A stretch of 64,000 nucleotides of DNA from Octopus vulgaris (GCA_951406725.2 OX597815.1:167772001-167836000); one strand, 5' to 3'. Counted from the stretch's first letter, positions 26,909-42,414 are shown. Numbers and translations are program-made. Notes: generated from the sequence alone by a model not told the origin.

Positions 26909-27448
26909 TATGTACAACGAATTACAGAGAGAAAACAAGGAGAGTGCAGAGAGTAAGACAGAAAGAAAGAAAGAATGCAAAGCATACACAGAGAGGCACT
27001 GACGTACCAGCTTGCATATACATCTACACATATGACAGACATGCCCAGACCAGTACACACGCATGTTATAATATTCTAATCTTTCTCTATCTCTCGTACA
27101 CACACAACCTCACACACACACACACATACAACCGCTCACACACAATACGAGCACAGACTTAACGTCAGTCATTAGCACTCAAACACTGAAACAGTCCGGC
27201 AAACAACGGTCTGATATTTCCAGGTGGTTGCTCGATATGCTACATATAGCTAAGCAAGAAAATAATACAAAACTTATACAAGGAATGGTCACAACTGGGA
27301 CGCCTCTAATTTGTTCGACCAGAGATGTAGGGTAAAAAAAAAACAACAATAGCAACTATACAGTCTCTTACCCATTATCTGTTGTTATTTCTCTTCTACG
27401 CTTTTATTTTGTCTTGTCTTCTCTTACTTCTTACATGTATTTTTACTC

Positions 27449-27768
27449 GGAGGCACGATGGCCCAGCGGTTAGGGCAGAGAACTCGCGGTCGGAGGATCG
27501 CGGTTTCGATTCCCAGACCGGGCGTTGTGTGTGTTTATTGATCGAAAACACCTAAAGCTCCACATGTCTCCGGCAGGGGGTGTTGGCGACCCCTGTTGTA
27601 CTCTTTCGCCACAATTTTCTCTCACTCTTTCTTCCTGTTTCTTGAGTAATGCTGCGATGGACTGGCGTCCCGTCTAGCTGGGGGGGGGAACACATACGCC
27701 ATAGAAACCGGCAAACTGGGCCCATGATCCTGGCTAGGCTTCAAAAGGGCGCATAAATAAATAAAAAA
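27449..27768 (+). mobile_element. tRNA-derived SINE, family B (tail type 1)
   Basis: TGGCCCAGCGGTTAGGGC (A box), GGTTTCGATTCCC (B box), A-rich tail; head shared with 37606 and 45150. Confidence 0.88.
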
Positions 27769-29354
27769 AATGTTTTTACTCGCTCTTTCTCTTTCTATCT
27801 GTCCATCTAAATCAGTAGAACCGGGAGATATATAGCCCCTGAAGGTCCATATAAAATTGATGGGGGAAAGCGCGCAACAAAATAGTAAACCGGGGATCCA
27901 CAATAGTATTTTAAGGGCCCCTCAAAAAATTTTGTTTTAGATGTCTTGGTATGTATTGCAAGAAACAACTAGGTTTCTTTCTCTAACATATATATAAAAC
28001 TAGCTTTTAAACATCGAATGATAAAATAGTAATCAAAGGGGTCTAAATCATATTCTCTCTCTCCACCACCCTCTCTCGCTCTTTCTCTCTCACTTTCTCT
28101 CGCCTTTCTCTCTCTCTCTCTCTCTCTCTCTCAGACACTATCGCTGCCTTTGTTTCTTCCCCCATTTTCTCTCTTTCTCGTATGGCGCTTAATAGGTCCC
28201 CTTGTGGTATTCATTCCCTCCACATTTAGTTGTGTCGGGAAGATCAGCTTTGCCTGTTATCTCTTCGGAGTTGTTAAATAAAGTCTAAAGTTAAAAGGCC
28301 CTACGACTCCATCAAGATTTGGCGGCCTAAGGCAAGACATATCCACTCTAAATCTGAATATTTATAAAGTTGTTGCAGCTGATGGTTGTTTAATCCACGA
28401 TTTGTAAGGATGTGGATATAAATAGCTCTTTTCATCCATAAAGAACTAGAAATTACCAAGAACTTTAAATAAGTAACAGGTTCGTTCTTTTTATGTGCAG
28501 TAACGAGAATAATGAAAAAAATATGTACTCGACCAAAGAAGGTGTCAGTGTATATATATGGCTAGATGTGGGCGTAAGAAACTGACAGAACCTCCTCGTG
28601 ACTATAGATGTAAACGTGCTAGCTCTAATAGTCGGGACCATTTTATAATGTTTATTGTACAATTGTTAGCTAAACGTCTTCTAACAGTACCAAATAGTTA
28701 AACTGCATTTACCTTGTATGAAACCGGATTCCTAAGCGTTTAAAAGGCTTGAAATATTTCAACTGTTTTTGTAAATTTGGGTGGAGGAATCTTTCAGATA
28801 TCTATTTCTTCTTATTTGTGTCTTTCTTCTGTATGTTTTGTTCGTATCTAATTTATTTTCATTCTTGTTCTTCTTTTTTCCTTCTACTTTAACTCCTACA
28901 ATTGGCACTATCTTTTTTTTTTCTTCGTCTTCTTGTGAAGAATAAACAAACTCCAGTCAGTGGTTTACGAAGTAAATGTACTCAGTGTGTAAATGGAACG
29001 AGGAAAAGATTTAAGAAGAAACAAGCAAACAAAAATATAATTAAATAAGTCAAACTTGCCATTTTCTGTGGGGACTGGTACATGAGGATGGAGGCCATAG
29101 TTTAACTTGTTACGGTATGTAATGATAATTACCAGAAAGATATTCTACCAGTCAGAAAGTGCTTAGTTGATACTCTTTAAAAAAAGTGGTTAATAATATA
29201 TATTCATAAAGAGATGATACAGTGGTCAAAATTACCAGGACAGATAATATAAACAGACAGGGTAATATAAAATTATGTCATCTTTAGACTGTGGGAGTTT
29301 TGTGGGCAGTAGCGCGGGAGTGTGATGTAGCAGGCAATATTAAAATAGTAACCA

Positions 29355-29546
29355 TAATCGTTAGCACACCGGGCAAAATGCTTAGCGGCATTTTGCTTGT
29401 TTTCGTGTTCTGAGTTCAAATTCCACCGAGGATTTGCCTTTCTCCTCTTCGGGGTCGATAAAATGAGTACCAGCTAAATTTTAGGGCCGATTTAAGCGAC
29501 TTATCCCTCCCCTAAAATTGCTGGCTCTGTACCACAATTTGAAACT
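29355..29546 (+). mobile_element. SINE family C, 5'-truncated, 19 bp TSD
   Basis: AATATTAAAATAGTAACCA at 29336-29354 and 29547-29565; body homologous to 12746-12960. Confidence 0.85.
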
Positions 29547-29908
29547 AATATTAAAATAGTAACCAATTAATTACATGAAAAACTGTAAACTTTAGTTTCA
29601 GAATGATCTGCTCCGTCCATATTTCTTTGTTACGTAACCGTTAATTTATTTAGGCACTTAAATGAAAAGTGGGGAAAACATATTCAAGTGAAACAATATT
29701 TACAATGGTTTCAAGACAAGTAGCTTTCATGCTTACCTCTTTGTTACATAATCTGATCATTTTTTTATGTTTAAATAAAATCTGAGTGTAGAAATGATCG
29801 AAACATTCTTTGCAAATCATCCAGTCTTCATTTTAAAACGTACATCGAACATACATAGAGAGAAAGATGCAATAAAATTAACACCAAGTATAAAGTAAGC
29901 CTGATTCC

Positions 29909-30069
29909 CAGGGCAGGCTCAAGGTACCGGCAACTCGGACAGTTGCCCGGGGTGTCATGTCCTTAGGGGGCGCCAAGGATAGCGTGACAAAGACATTTCC
30001 ACGACTGTCAGCTTGTACACGCCGAAGTTCAGCTTGCCTGGAGTGCCAGCAACCCTAGAGCCGGCCCTG
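29909..30069. mobile_element. hAT-type MITE
   Basis: TIRs CAGGGCAGGCTC / GAGCCGGCCCTG (11/12); decayed 8 bp flanks CTGATTCC / CTGTTCAC; internal CCGGCAACT-CGGAC-AGTTGCCCGG hairpin. Confidence 0.75.
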
Positions 30070-31434
30070 CTGTTCACCTACTATTTAATCCTTTTGTAAC
30101 CAGAATTCTGTTGAAATACCTTTCTTTCAATTAATTTTAAAATACATAAAAAAAATTAACAAAATAACCTTGTTCTTATTAACGGGGTATCTGGAACGTA
30201 AATTACCATGAAATTTTTGCTCGAAGATTTTCATTTAGCACACTTTAAGAAAGAAAGCTTTTTATGACAGAGCGAGGGGCGGTCTCAGGTGGGCTGATGT
30301 CAAAAGAAGCTGGTTTAATCTTACAGTGTGCAACTATTTCTCTATGATATTACTGAATTTGTTCTGGTTAATTCAGTCATAAGCAAATACTAGTCACGAA
30401 AAACTGAATGTGTTATTAAAATAACTTATGACTGTAGTTATACAAAAAAAGTTGTTCTTACTAAAATATAATCAGCGGTAAATTCATCTGTTTGGCTGTC
30501 ACTTATGATTAGTGGGATTTTTGCGACCGTTTTAGAGCAGAAGTGAGTGCGGTGAACTTGGTGTTGATACTAGTCACCGAGGCATAACAATGAGGTCATA
30601 TACTTTACATGTAGGGCTTAACGATTATAATAATTGTAATAGCAGTGCTTTTATTGTTTGGAATGAAAAGATTTTGAATTGCTAATAAATGTCGCAGTGT
30701 TGACCGCTGTAATGTGTTGGAGATGGACTTAATAGTGTTTGTGGAATTAACAGCTAGAGTGCTATTAATGTATTATAACTTTACATTATGTTATGTATAG
30801 TTTCCCCTATCTATCCGATAGTCTAACTTAACCTAAGAAGCAATAAAGTGAGCCCAAAGCGAATTAGCTCAGCGTGTAAAGTTAATAACACGCAGGAAAA
30901 CTAATCAAATTCATTTATGGAACATATATGTTCCCAATGAAAAATGTGTACATTTACAAAAGAACCCAGAACATACAATTTCCGTTTCACTATCAAAATT
31001 TTACGTTTGAAATGTAATACTGCCTATGTCAGGCTTTTATGCAATTATGTTTATATAAATATGTCTCTCCTCTTATTACGTATTCGTTACAGATAGCCGT
31101 ATATATTCGACTCTAGATGGGTTTCTCGAATGAGACATTAGTTCAGTTAATAGAGTTCATAGCAAAGAATGGGACGGGACATCTGATCACATGGATTTTA
31201 TAAATATAAAAGGTAAAGAGATTTGATATTAAATTGAAGTTAATGGGTGGAGTGATTATTAGTGTTAAAGTTATTGTGTTTCTGCGTAAACTTAAGGAAG
31301 AATTAGAATTAAATACGAAGGGAAAATGACAGATAAACAAAAAAAGATTTAAAATTAAATATTGAGGGAACGTAATAACGACAGAATTCGTGTGAGAAAA
31401 TAAGAGAGTGATATAGGTGGTGTGGAATTTATTT

Positions 31435-31700
31435 CTAGGTGGGAGTGAGAAAGGCTATAGAAAACAATTTTTGTCGTAAATAAAATGTATAAAATTGCTG
31501 TAATGCAGGCTCTAAATTAATTATAATAAATGAATGAGAAAATCTATATAACAATATATAACAATGTTTAATACAAAGAACAGGGGATTTTATGAAGCAG
31601 TTAAGATGAAAAGCAATTCTTATAATAAACAATTCTTTTGGATATAAAGCTAACCGACGTCCTAGTTTGTATAGATCTTTCTAACTATTGGATGATATAT
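31435..31700 (-). pseudogene. Highly decayed PLE GIY-YIG C-terminal fragment
   Basis: Weak motif resemblance only (KDLYK...IAFHLNCFIKS...FIIINLEP). Confidence 0.35.
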
Positions 31701-31898
31701 TTTTCAACTAATTAAGAAAATGGATTTTAGAAAATTCAAAAATGTGCTTCAATTTAAATTAAACAGATGATTAAACAAAAAAGAAAATCTTACACAACTG
31801 TCGCCATCTCATCCCGAGCAGCATCATACATTCGCAACAGAAACTAACTAGAAGACAAGTAACAATGAAAATCTACTAACTGAACTCCTTAAGCGCTA

Positions 31899-31957
<59 letters not shown>

Positions 31958-31974
31958 ATCTATCTATCTATCTA

Positions 31975-32034
<60 letters not shown>

Positions 32035-32559
32035 GATCAGAAGTTAGTTTTTAATAGAAACCAACATTACGATTGATTAGCCAGACTAAAACCGATATTG
32101 GGAAAATTAATAAACATATTCTTGAATAAATTAATCCCTGAATTTAATGAAGCTATGTCAAACGAAACATTGGTTTAAATGCCTTCTTCATACCAATACC
32201 TAAGAAGTATCGCGTTTCTATCACTCTGTTCTTTATATAATACCATCAATTTCGTCATAACCAACATTAAGGTTATCCAGTACTCGGATATAAAGATTTT
32301 ACCACACACTTGGAAAATTATCTTAACGTATGTAGTTGCTTTATAGATTTAAAAAAGTCTCTGTACATTCCATGTGATAAGCGCATTGGTCCCAATGACC
32401 ATAAATGCATTTTCTTAATAAAAAAAAACACACAAATCTTGCTTTTTGAATTCGTTACGAAGTTTATAAAGGGAGAACGACTTACTATTGCTGAATTATT
32501 ACAAACTACGGATAAGACAAGAAAATACTCATAAACATTTTTCTGAAATTTGGATATCT

Positions 32560-32995
32560 CTATAAGAATTCAAATGAACCATCAAAATGTAGCACTGAGT
32601 TTTCTAATTTATTTTATTTAACTGTTTATTAAAGCCGATAAGTCTCATTAAATTGCATACAGAGCCTATCTAACCACCACAATACATAATTAATAACATC
32701 CTTAAGAACATTTCCCTTAGAATTCTTAATTTGTCTTCCAGCTTGTAAATTTTGAACGAAATAACATCTTACTAAAATTTATTACATTATGACCCAATAC
32801 GCACCAATCAATTTCAAATAGGAACAAATATAAAATCCGAAGAAGAAATATATGGTATATTCAGTCATTTTACTTAGTTGTGGGTAATCCAATAGCCAGT
32901 CACTTTTTCCACCTAATTAGAAAATGTGTTCCACTCACAGTAACATCATAATAGAATACTTAATATTAAAATCGTAAAATTACCTTACTCCCCTC
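32560..32995 (+). pseudogene. Decayed PLE RT-thumb/linker fragment
   Basis: Broken translation INNILKNISLRILNLSSS...KIRRRNIWYIQSF...PIASHFFHLIRKCVP...RILNIKIVKLPYS resembles the PLE motif RRNIIWFNPPF...FL.LI.KHFP...NT.KLSYS. Confidence 0.6.
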
Positions 32996-33237
32996 TATCT
33001 ACTTTTTGTCCAAATCTTAGATTCCTCCAAACTAAAAGATAGTTCAACCCACGAACTATAACAACGCATAGAAAATATAAATGCATGAACCAGGGTAACA
33101 GTCATTTAGACAATATAGACTTAATTGATATCCTGAAATATTAGCACTAGTAACAAAATACAAACACATACATACACACACATATACATACATTCATACA
33201 CACACACACACAAACACACACACACATACACACACAT

Positions 33238-33350
<113 letters not shown>

Positions 33351-34195
33351 GGAGCTATGTCTACAACTTTTAATCCTTTAATTGCAAAATTGAATTTCAT
33401 GGATATTCCAGCAATGGTGTTAAATATATACCAAAAAATGGAACTAGTATACTCTACAAGACACGTTACTTCAATAGCGTAACATATCTCAACAAAATAA
33501 TTTGCAATATGACATTTTTTGCAAAAATATAGATTGGTATATCAAACTGTTTTCTGCAGTTAGGGGCAATTAAATTTTAAATTGATGTCTCTGATTTTCG
33601 CAGTAAAAGTGTTAAATACTCTGTTTTTAAAATTTAGAAATGAGACTGCTACGTCACTCTCAAATTTCATTTAGGACATAGAATTCACACACAAAAGAAA
33701 TATAATATCCAATGCTAAATCTTATTATGGAAATAAGTAGCTTCGCAATTTATGGTCAAGAGAAAACTTGGCCTTTATATTCCTGAAGGGAAGACTCAGA
33801 ACTTTTCCACAGGGATAGCAACATCTTCATCCACTAACTTTGATCAAGATTGTGATTACACTCGCCAGTAACATTTAGTTAATTGCTTAATTACATAAAC
33901 GACTCAATTTCCTACACATCTTTCACCCAAAGTGCCTTATATTTATTTAATGACTTATTTAATCAACTAGATTTTGTGTTCACTTATAAATTACCGTTAT
34001 TTCAGCTTTAGGCATTTACATAATTCTAGTTTTAATTTTTGTCTTTATACTTAATCTCTTAACCATGTATTGAGTTACTTTTTTGTCTCGTTACCTTCTC
34101 TTATCAGTAAACTTACATAATATGGAATTTTTAAGGTCGGTAAATTCAATAAATGCATATATATATATGTATATATCTATAGCTATATCTATCTA

Positions 34196-34266
<71 letters not shown>

Positions 34267-34355
34267 TTCAAAATTATAGAACACACAGAAGGCAGAGACA
34301 GTTAAAGGAACAACAAACAAGGTGTGTTAGTGTGACGCCTCGGAAAATTTAAAAT

Positions 34356-34391
34356 CTTTGACGTTTCTAGTTTAGGCTCGTCATCAGAAAG
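34356..34391 (-). ncRNA. Minimal type I hammerhead motif
   Basis: CUUU CUGAUGAC GAG-CCUAAA-CUA GAAA CG UC AAAG: canonical core and GUC triplet, one stem II mismatch; relative of the 22.7 kb unit. Confidence 0.7.
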
Positions 34392-34879
34392 GAATGAGAA
34401 AAAAAAATCAGGTCGAGAAACGGAAAAAAGGAGAAGTGTATATTAATTACTAATGATAATAAATAGATGTTTTATTAAAATTATTTCCGCTTCCTAAGAA
34501 TCAAAAATTCTTAAAATTGGCTTTCTACTAGTGAATTATCGGATAGTTTAAGAGACAAGAGAAGAGTTATGTACTCGTATTCCTATATCTACAGTTGTCA
34601 GCTACTCAACATCTGTTCTATCTTATCACTATCAAATAGGAAACTATACAAGAAAGAGCAGAACACGTTTTTGGTCAAGATATTACTCATAAATGAAATG
34701 AAAATGTGTAAAACAAAATCACTGGGAGTGGCTAGTGGCATGAAATTGAACAACAATGGCAGAGATACAAGATAGATATGTGATTTATTCATGTCTGCTA
34801 TTGGGACAACTATCTTCAAGCGATAATAGTTCAGCTCACTCTGGAGGAGAAGATAATTTTCAACACAGGCACGCACACG

Positions 34880-34928
<49 letters not shown>

Positions 34929-34986
34929 GTAAAAATACCAGTAGTTATTAAAATATATAACGTAGAGCATAGGAAGTAGGATAGTA

Positions 34987-35109
34987 TCTCACAGCTGTTT
35001 CAGCCAAGAGGTCATAGTACCCCACTTTACTTCCATCCTTTCACTGAACTGAAGTATTTGGTAGATAAGATTAAGGTACTTGGCTGTGCCTCTGGGCTTT
35101 GTCAGAGAG
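34987..35109 (-). ncRNA. Decayed type I hammerhead motif with long stem II
   Basis: UCU CUGACAA AGCC..AGAGG..AGUACC...GGUACU..CCUCU.GGCU GAAA CAGCUG UG AGA; palindromic helix III ACAGCUGU; G8 and H17 mutated. Confidence 0.55.
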
Positions 35110-35243
35110 TTTAGAAAGTCTATAAGGTTAAGTTATAATTATAAATACATACATATATACACACTTTTACATATACATACATATACATAAATATACATAA
35201 ATACATACCTATACATTTATATGTATATGTATATGCATACAAA

Positions 35244-35645
35244 GGCAACAGGACTTTGCACCATACCACACAAGCAAGAGAACCCAGTCATGACAATTTC
35301 TGCAACCATATCACCCCTATCATCTGGTCACCTAATTCCCCAGACTTCAACACCGCAGTTGATCGAGAAACCAACAAAACTCCTTATAACAATAAAGATG
35401 AACTGCATGCAAGGATTATGACAGCATTCATCAACTTAAACAAGGAGACCGTCTAGAGGAGTTACAGGAGATTCGGTAGTCGTCTGGAGGCCGTGGCTGA
35501 AGCCAATGGCAATTTTATTTAATAAATTTACTTTTTAGTATTTCAAGATATTTTTATGAAATTTTGGTAAATATATCTGTTAAAGTGAGATGTCAGTATT
35601 ATTTTCATTATTGCGTAATTTAAACGACAATTTAGTCACTGCATC

Positions 35646-35648
<3 letters not shown>
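35244..35648 (+). mobile_element. 3' fragment of Tc1/mariner element (maT/DD37D-like)
   Basis: QQDFAPYHTSKRTQS...IWSPNSPDFN...DELHARI...FGSRLEAVAEANGNFI*, terminus ...GCATCCTG followed by TA. Confidence 0.8.
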
Positions 35649-35696
<48 letters not shown>

Positions 35697-35793
35697 TTTT
35701 GATAAGCATAACAAATGCGCAACCGGTAAAAGAACATTCACCTAATTAAATTACTTAAATTACTTCAATTATTTGTCAGCATTTTCTTCATTT

Positions 35794-37092
<1,299 letters not shown>

Positions 37093-37094
37093 AT

Positions 37095-37318
37095 ACTCTT
37101 TTACTCTTTTACTTGTTTCAGTCATTTGATTGTGGCCATGCTGGAGCACCCCTTTAGTCGACTAAATCGACCCCAGGACTTATTCTTTGTAAGTTTAGTA
37201 CTTATTCTATCAGTCTCTTTTGCCGAACCGCTAGGTTACGGGGACGTAAACACACCAGCATCGGTTGTCAAGCGATGTTGGTGGGGGGACAAACACAGAC
37301 ACACAAACATATACACAC

Positions 37319-37349
<31 letters not shown>

Positions 37350-37520
37350 CATATATACGACGAGCTTCTTTCAGTTTCCGGCTACGAAATCTACTCATAA
37401 TGCTTTGGTCGGCCCGAGGCTATAGTAGAAGACACTTGCCCAAGTGCCACGCAGTGGGACTGAACCCGGAATCATGTGGTTCGTTAGCAAGTTACATACC
37501 ACACAGCCACTTCTACGCCT
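37095..37520 (-). mobile_element. SINE family A, full length
   Basis: Reverse complement of the family A sequence. Confidence 0.9.
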
Positions 37521-37605
37521 GTGTGCCAGGTGGAGGCCAAAGTGAATGGAACATCTCAAAGAGCGTGACGGACAACTGCCATTACCACGAGCAACAACAA
37601 TAAGT

Positions 37606-37980
37606 GGAGCCGCAATGGCCCAGTGGTTAGGGCAGCGGACTCGCGGTCGGAGGATCGCGGTTTCGATTCCCAGACCGGGTGTTGTGTATGTTTATTGATC
37701 GAAAACACCTAAAGCCCCACGAGCCTCCGACAGGGGATGGTGGCGACCCCTGTTGTACTCTTTCGCTCCAACTTTCTCACTCTTTCTTCCTGTTTCGTAT
37801 CCCCGACTTCCTACGCAACCGCTGAGCCTGGATGCACATTCGTCCATCAGTCGATGCTCTCGGTGTCGGGAGTTAACATGCTTTCTCTTCTGCGGGTCTT
37901 ACGAATAGCAAAGGACCACGTTTCGGACTTCTTCCACTCTGGGACGAAGACCCCTTCGCTCAACAAACAATCAAACAAAG
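37606..37980 (+). mobile_element. SINE family B (tail type 2)
   Basis: Head near-identical to 27449 up to CTCACTCTTTCTTCCTGTTTC, then an unrelated 3' part ending in (CAAA)n. Confidence 0.85.
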
Positions 37981-38499
37981 CAACAACGATAGCAATACTA
38001 GTTCATCTGCAATCAAGTTCCCATAAATTGCTACGATACCAATATTCACCAGCAGCGAAACTACCACCAGCACAATAATACAACCCACGCTCAAACTACC
38101 GCTACTAATGCTATCAAGGCCACCAACACCACCATCACAATACCACCACCACCACCACCACCACAAGGCACCTCTACTGTCACTGCTAGTGCCAAAGTCG
38201 TAGGATACGTTGATGACGTCCATTGATGACGTTCATGTAAACGGTTCCGACTCCAACAGTAACAATAGTAATTTAACAGAACAAGAGATAAAAAATAAAC
38301 TAGTAATACAATAGATGACAATAATATACACACACGTATATGTACACAAATACACGCACACATAAGCACACACACACACACACACATATGTGTGTGTGTA
38401 CATTATATATATATATGTATATAGACACACACACATATGTATGTATATATATATATATATATATATATAGATATATATATATACAGACACACACATATG

Positions 38500-38538
<39 letters not shown>

Positions 38539-39366
38539 GTAGATATATATGCATATATATATGTGTGTGTATATGTGTGTTTGTGTGTCTGTGTGTGTTG
38601 TGTTTGTGTGTGTGTGTAGTTACATATACGCGCGCACATGGACACACACGTGTACACAGACAGACATGTATACAAAGACACAGCAAAAAACAAAAAAAAA
38701 ATCAAATCAACTAACCAACTTACAAAAAAAAAAAGACAATATACGAAAATAGAAAGACCCAGTAAGTGTGTTTAGATTTTTCGCAACTTGTTATATAAAC
38801 TTTAAATTGGAGACACAAACAACTCCAGTGGATTTTGCCAAAATACGTTGTAAAGGATTTCCAGACTATCTCTATAATACGCTTTCGATATGTCTGTCAA
38901 TCTGTTTACTTAAAATATACCAACTTTAATCTACACACGTTGGTTATTTTATTCACTGTTTTACTCCTGTCATCAACGCACAGATTTTCTCTCCCTGTCT
39001 CTCTCCCGTCTTAACCCCCCTCTCTCCCTCTCTCAGCTCTCTTCCTTTCTCTCTCATTTTTTTCTGTCTTTGTTTTGTTGATGGGTATTTTCGAGGTGAT
39101 GTCTCCTTTGTTTGTTCGACACTTAGCCTTCAAGAATCTGGACTCTTTCTCCACGCACTTGCGGAGAATTCTTCGGCTTTGCACAATATATTCTTCAATC
39201 CATCACCCACAACATAACTATACAATCACACACACACACAAACTCCGCGACACAGAGATGCACACACGCATGTACAAATACAGGCACAAATATGTGAGCA
39301 AAATACAGTTATACGTATGCGAATCTGTTTGTGTATGTGTTTGTATGAGTACGAGTAAGAGGGAAC

Positions 39367-39520
39367 AGGTAGGCATGGCTGTGTGGTAAGAAGCTTGCTT
39401 CCCAACCATATCCTTCTGGGTTCAGTTCCACTAGGCGGCACCTTGGGAAAGTGTCTTTTACTATAGCTTCATACTTTGTGAGTGGATTTTGTAGATGGAA
39501 ACTGAAAGAAGCCTGTCGTA
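39367..39520 (+). mobile_element. SINE family A, 5' half
   Basis: Head through GAAACTGAAAGAAGCCTGTCG, then microsatellite. Confidence 0.8.
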
Positions 39521-39786
39521 TATATATATATATATATGTCTCTGTGTGTGTGTGTATGTATGTATGTATGTATGTATGTATGTATGTATGTATGTATGTA
39601 TGTATGTATGTATGTATGTGTGTATGTAAGTAAGTATGTATGTATATCTGTGTGTGTATATGGTATTTTTATAGCGTTCCAGCAAAAAATGAAGTATATG
39701 AGGGAAACTGGAAGAAACACAAACTGGATGAAGATACACACACAAAAAGACCACAAGACTATCTCGCGACAATAAATACAGGTGAG

Positions 39787-40352
39787 ATTTTGAGACTCAT
39801 GAAAATCACCAATTTGAAGGGTAAAAACTAGTAACAAAGGCAACGGAGTTAGGAACACCCATACGTAGAAAGCATCTTATTGAAGGAAGGTATACGTTAA
39901 GCTATTTTGGGAGATTGAAGTATCCCTGTTTCAGTTTCTCTTTAGAACGAAGTACGATGTATTTCTAACCGTGACTAACCTCAATCTATAGGGAAAAATA
40001 CGAAAACATATTAATACCAAAACGTTTGGAAGTCAACAGACACAAAAATATTGATATTATCATTGAGCGTCTCACATGGCATGTCTATATACCTTCCATT
40101 TGTATATATACACCCGCTAGAGTTATTTTATGTTTTGGTATTTTTTCCTATAGATTGAGGTTAGTCACGGTTAGAAATACATCGTACTTCGTTCTAAGGA
40201 GAAATTGAAACCTGGATAGTTCAATCTCCAAAAATAGCTTAACGTATGCCTTCCTTCAATAAGTTGCTTTCTACGTATTGGTGTTCCTAATTCCGTTGCC
40301 TTTGTTACTCGCTTTTACCCTTCAAATTGGTGATTTTCATGAGTCTCAAAAT
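39787..40352. repeat. Long inverted repeat (224 bp arms, 118 bp spacer)
   Basis: 39787-40010 is the reverse complement of 40129-40352 with scattered substitutions; spacer recurs inverted at about 41577-41698. Confidence 0.95.
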
Positions 40353-40726
40353 GAGAGCGATTAATTGTCATCTGCGTAACTACAAGGCATATTCTAACTA
40401 CAAGTAAATCAATCCTAACGAAACATATCAGGCAATAAAACCAGCCTTAGAACATTAGTGTTAATGCAATAAGAATCATCATGAAGCCGCGTCAATGTTT
40501 TCAACAGAAAAGGAAATAAATATCAAGGTAAGAACACTGGCAAAGGAAATCCAAAGTGACAACTTCTGAGTAGTATTAATAACTGGAAGAAGCTGGTGTA
40601 TTTGGTTGAAGTGCTCGTGTGACTATTGGTTATTGCCATAGCGAAGCCACGCTCCATCCTTATAGTCTGATTTAATGAAATATGATTTATTAATATGATA
40701 TATTAAAAACTATGATTTAATAACTA

Positions 40727-40800
<74 letters not shown>

Positions 40801-41139
40801 AATGATTTTTAAAATCATATGAAACAAAGTTGGGAGGTAAAATGTCGTGTGCTTTCAATTAAATTCACAATGTAATTTCTGGCTGGTGTCGCCCTTGGAA
40901 AGAAGTGGATTTCCGAACATTAATGGCAAGCAAAGAACGGTCGCTCATGTATACGGTAGATGTAGAGGGAGGTAAAAAAAAAAAAACAATCGCTAGTGGT
41001 TGTAGATAATACTGCTTTAGTCAGGTGGCTTCTGGCATCTCAGAAGGAATAAAGCTTGCTATGAACTGAACCAAAAGAACCTTTCTATCAATAGTGATCA
41101 ATACTGCACAGACAGAAATATCTCTAGCTGGTGTATATA

Positions 41140-41265
41140 CGAGGGGTGTATAAAAAGTCTTGAGCCTCAAAAAAATAACGAAATATGGTACAAGACTTCT
41201 GATTAAGGTACACGACTTCGAGGCTCAAAGGCCTAGAAGGATTAAAACTTTTCATACATCTCTCA
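41140..41265. mobile_element. mariner-type MITE
   Basis: TIR CGAGGGGTGTATAAAAAGT / ACTTTTCATACATCTCTCA, TA on the left; empty site visible in the paralogous sequence at about 41590 (GGTGTATATATACAAATTG). Confidence 0.8.
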
Positions 41266-41410
41266 TTTATACAAATTGAAGGTATCGAGACATGTCGCGT
41301 GAGACGCTCCATAATAATATCAATATATTTGAGTCTATTGACATACACACTACATACATACATACATACATACATACATACATACATACATACATACATA
41401 CATACATACA

Positions 41411-41442
<32 letters not shown>

Positions 41443-42379
41443 AATACACACCCTGCATATATATGCAACAGATCACCTACAAATAATTAGCTTTACCGAA
41501 TGATAGTTACGGGCCAGATTTGAAGGAGAACTTATCTTTAAGAAGCAATAAATCTTTTCGATTCTGCACAGATAGAAATACCTCTAGCGGGTGTATATAT
41601 ACAAATTGAAGGTATATAGACATGAGGTGTGACACGCTCAATAATAATATCAATATTTTTGTGTCTGTTGACTTCCAAACGTTTTTGTATTAATATGAAT
41701 ACCCAAATTGTGAATTCAGTTATGTAATAACATGAAATTAGTTACCCGATAGTGAGAATTCAAATAAAGTAGCTCCGAAAAGGGCTTTACTGCGATACCA
41801 GTGTATATAGAACATAGGAGGAAATACTAATAAGTGATGTATTCTAAAATCATGAAGCATGTTACGTAATAACAGGCTAATCAGATATGAAATAACAATT
41901 CAAAGTAAATAACTCTGAAAAGGACTTTTGTGCGTTCTCAGATAATATTATCCTCAGGGGCGCTAGTGTTGGTATATTCGTGAATAAGTCACTAACCGAA
42001 ATAAGTGGATCTATTGTTTAGGAAAATACTATTTACTTCTTTAAGGGTTGTACTGGATAAATTGCAAAAATAATTCTAACAGTTCAAATACTAAGAAATA
42101 AGCATACTCAATTTGATTTATACCAAATAATTTAGGAAAATGAATGGGTTATTTCCTTCGGCTATATATAAGGATCCCTGGAATGGATCCTTATATATAG
42201 CCTTATATATAGCCAGGCTCTATTATCGATTTTTTTCAACAATCTGAGTATGCCATAAGATTTCAAGACATGAGTTCTAGTCACGTGTCAAATGTCATCA
42301 AAATCGATAAAACGATGTAGGAGGAGTCAGCTAAGAACTCTACAAATACACCCACAGACAGAATTTCCCAGATATGTAG

Positions 42380-42413
<34 letters not shown>

Positions 42414-42414
42414 T

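Noticed and set aside
27449-27520. Genuine tRNA genes at SINE heads (also 14898, 37606, 60035)
   Set aside because: A/B boxes are present but there is no complete cloverleaf or poly-T terminator, and each runs into a repeated SINE body.
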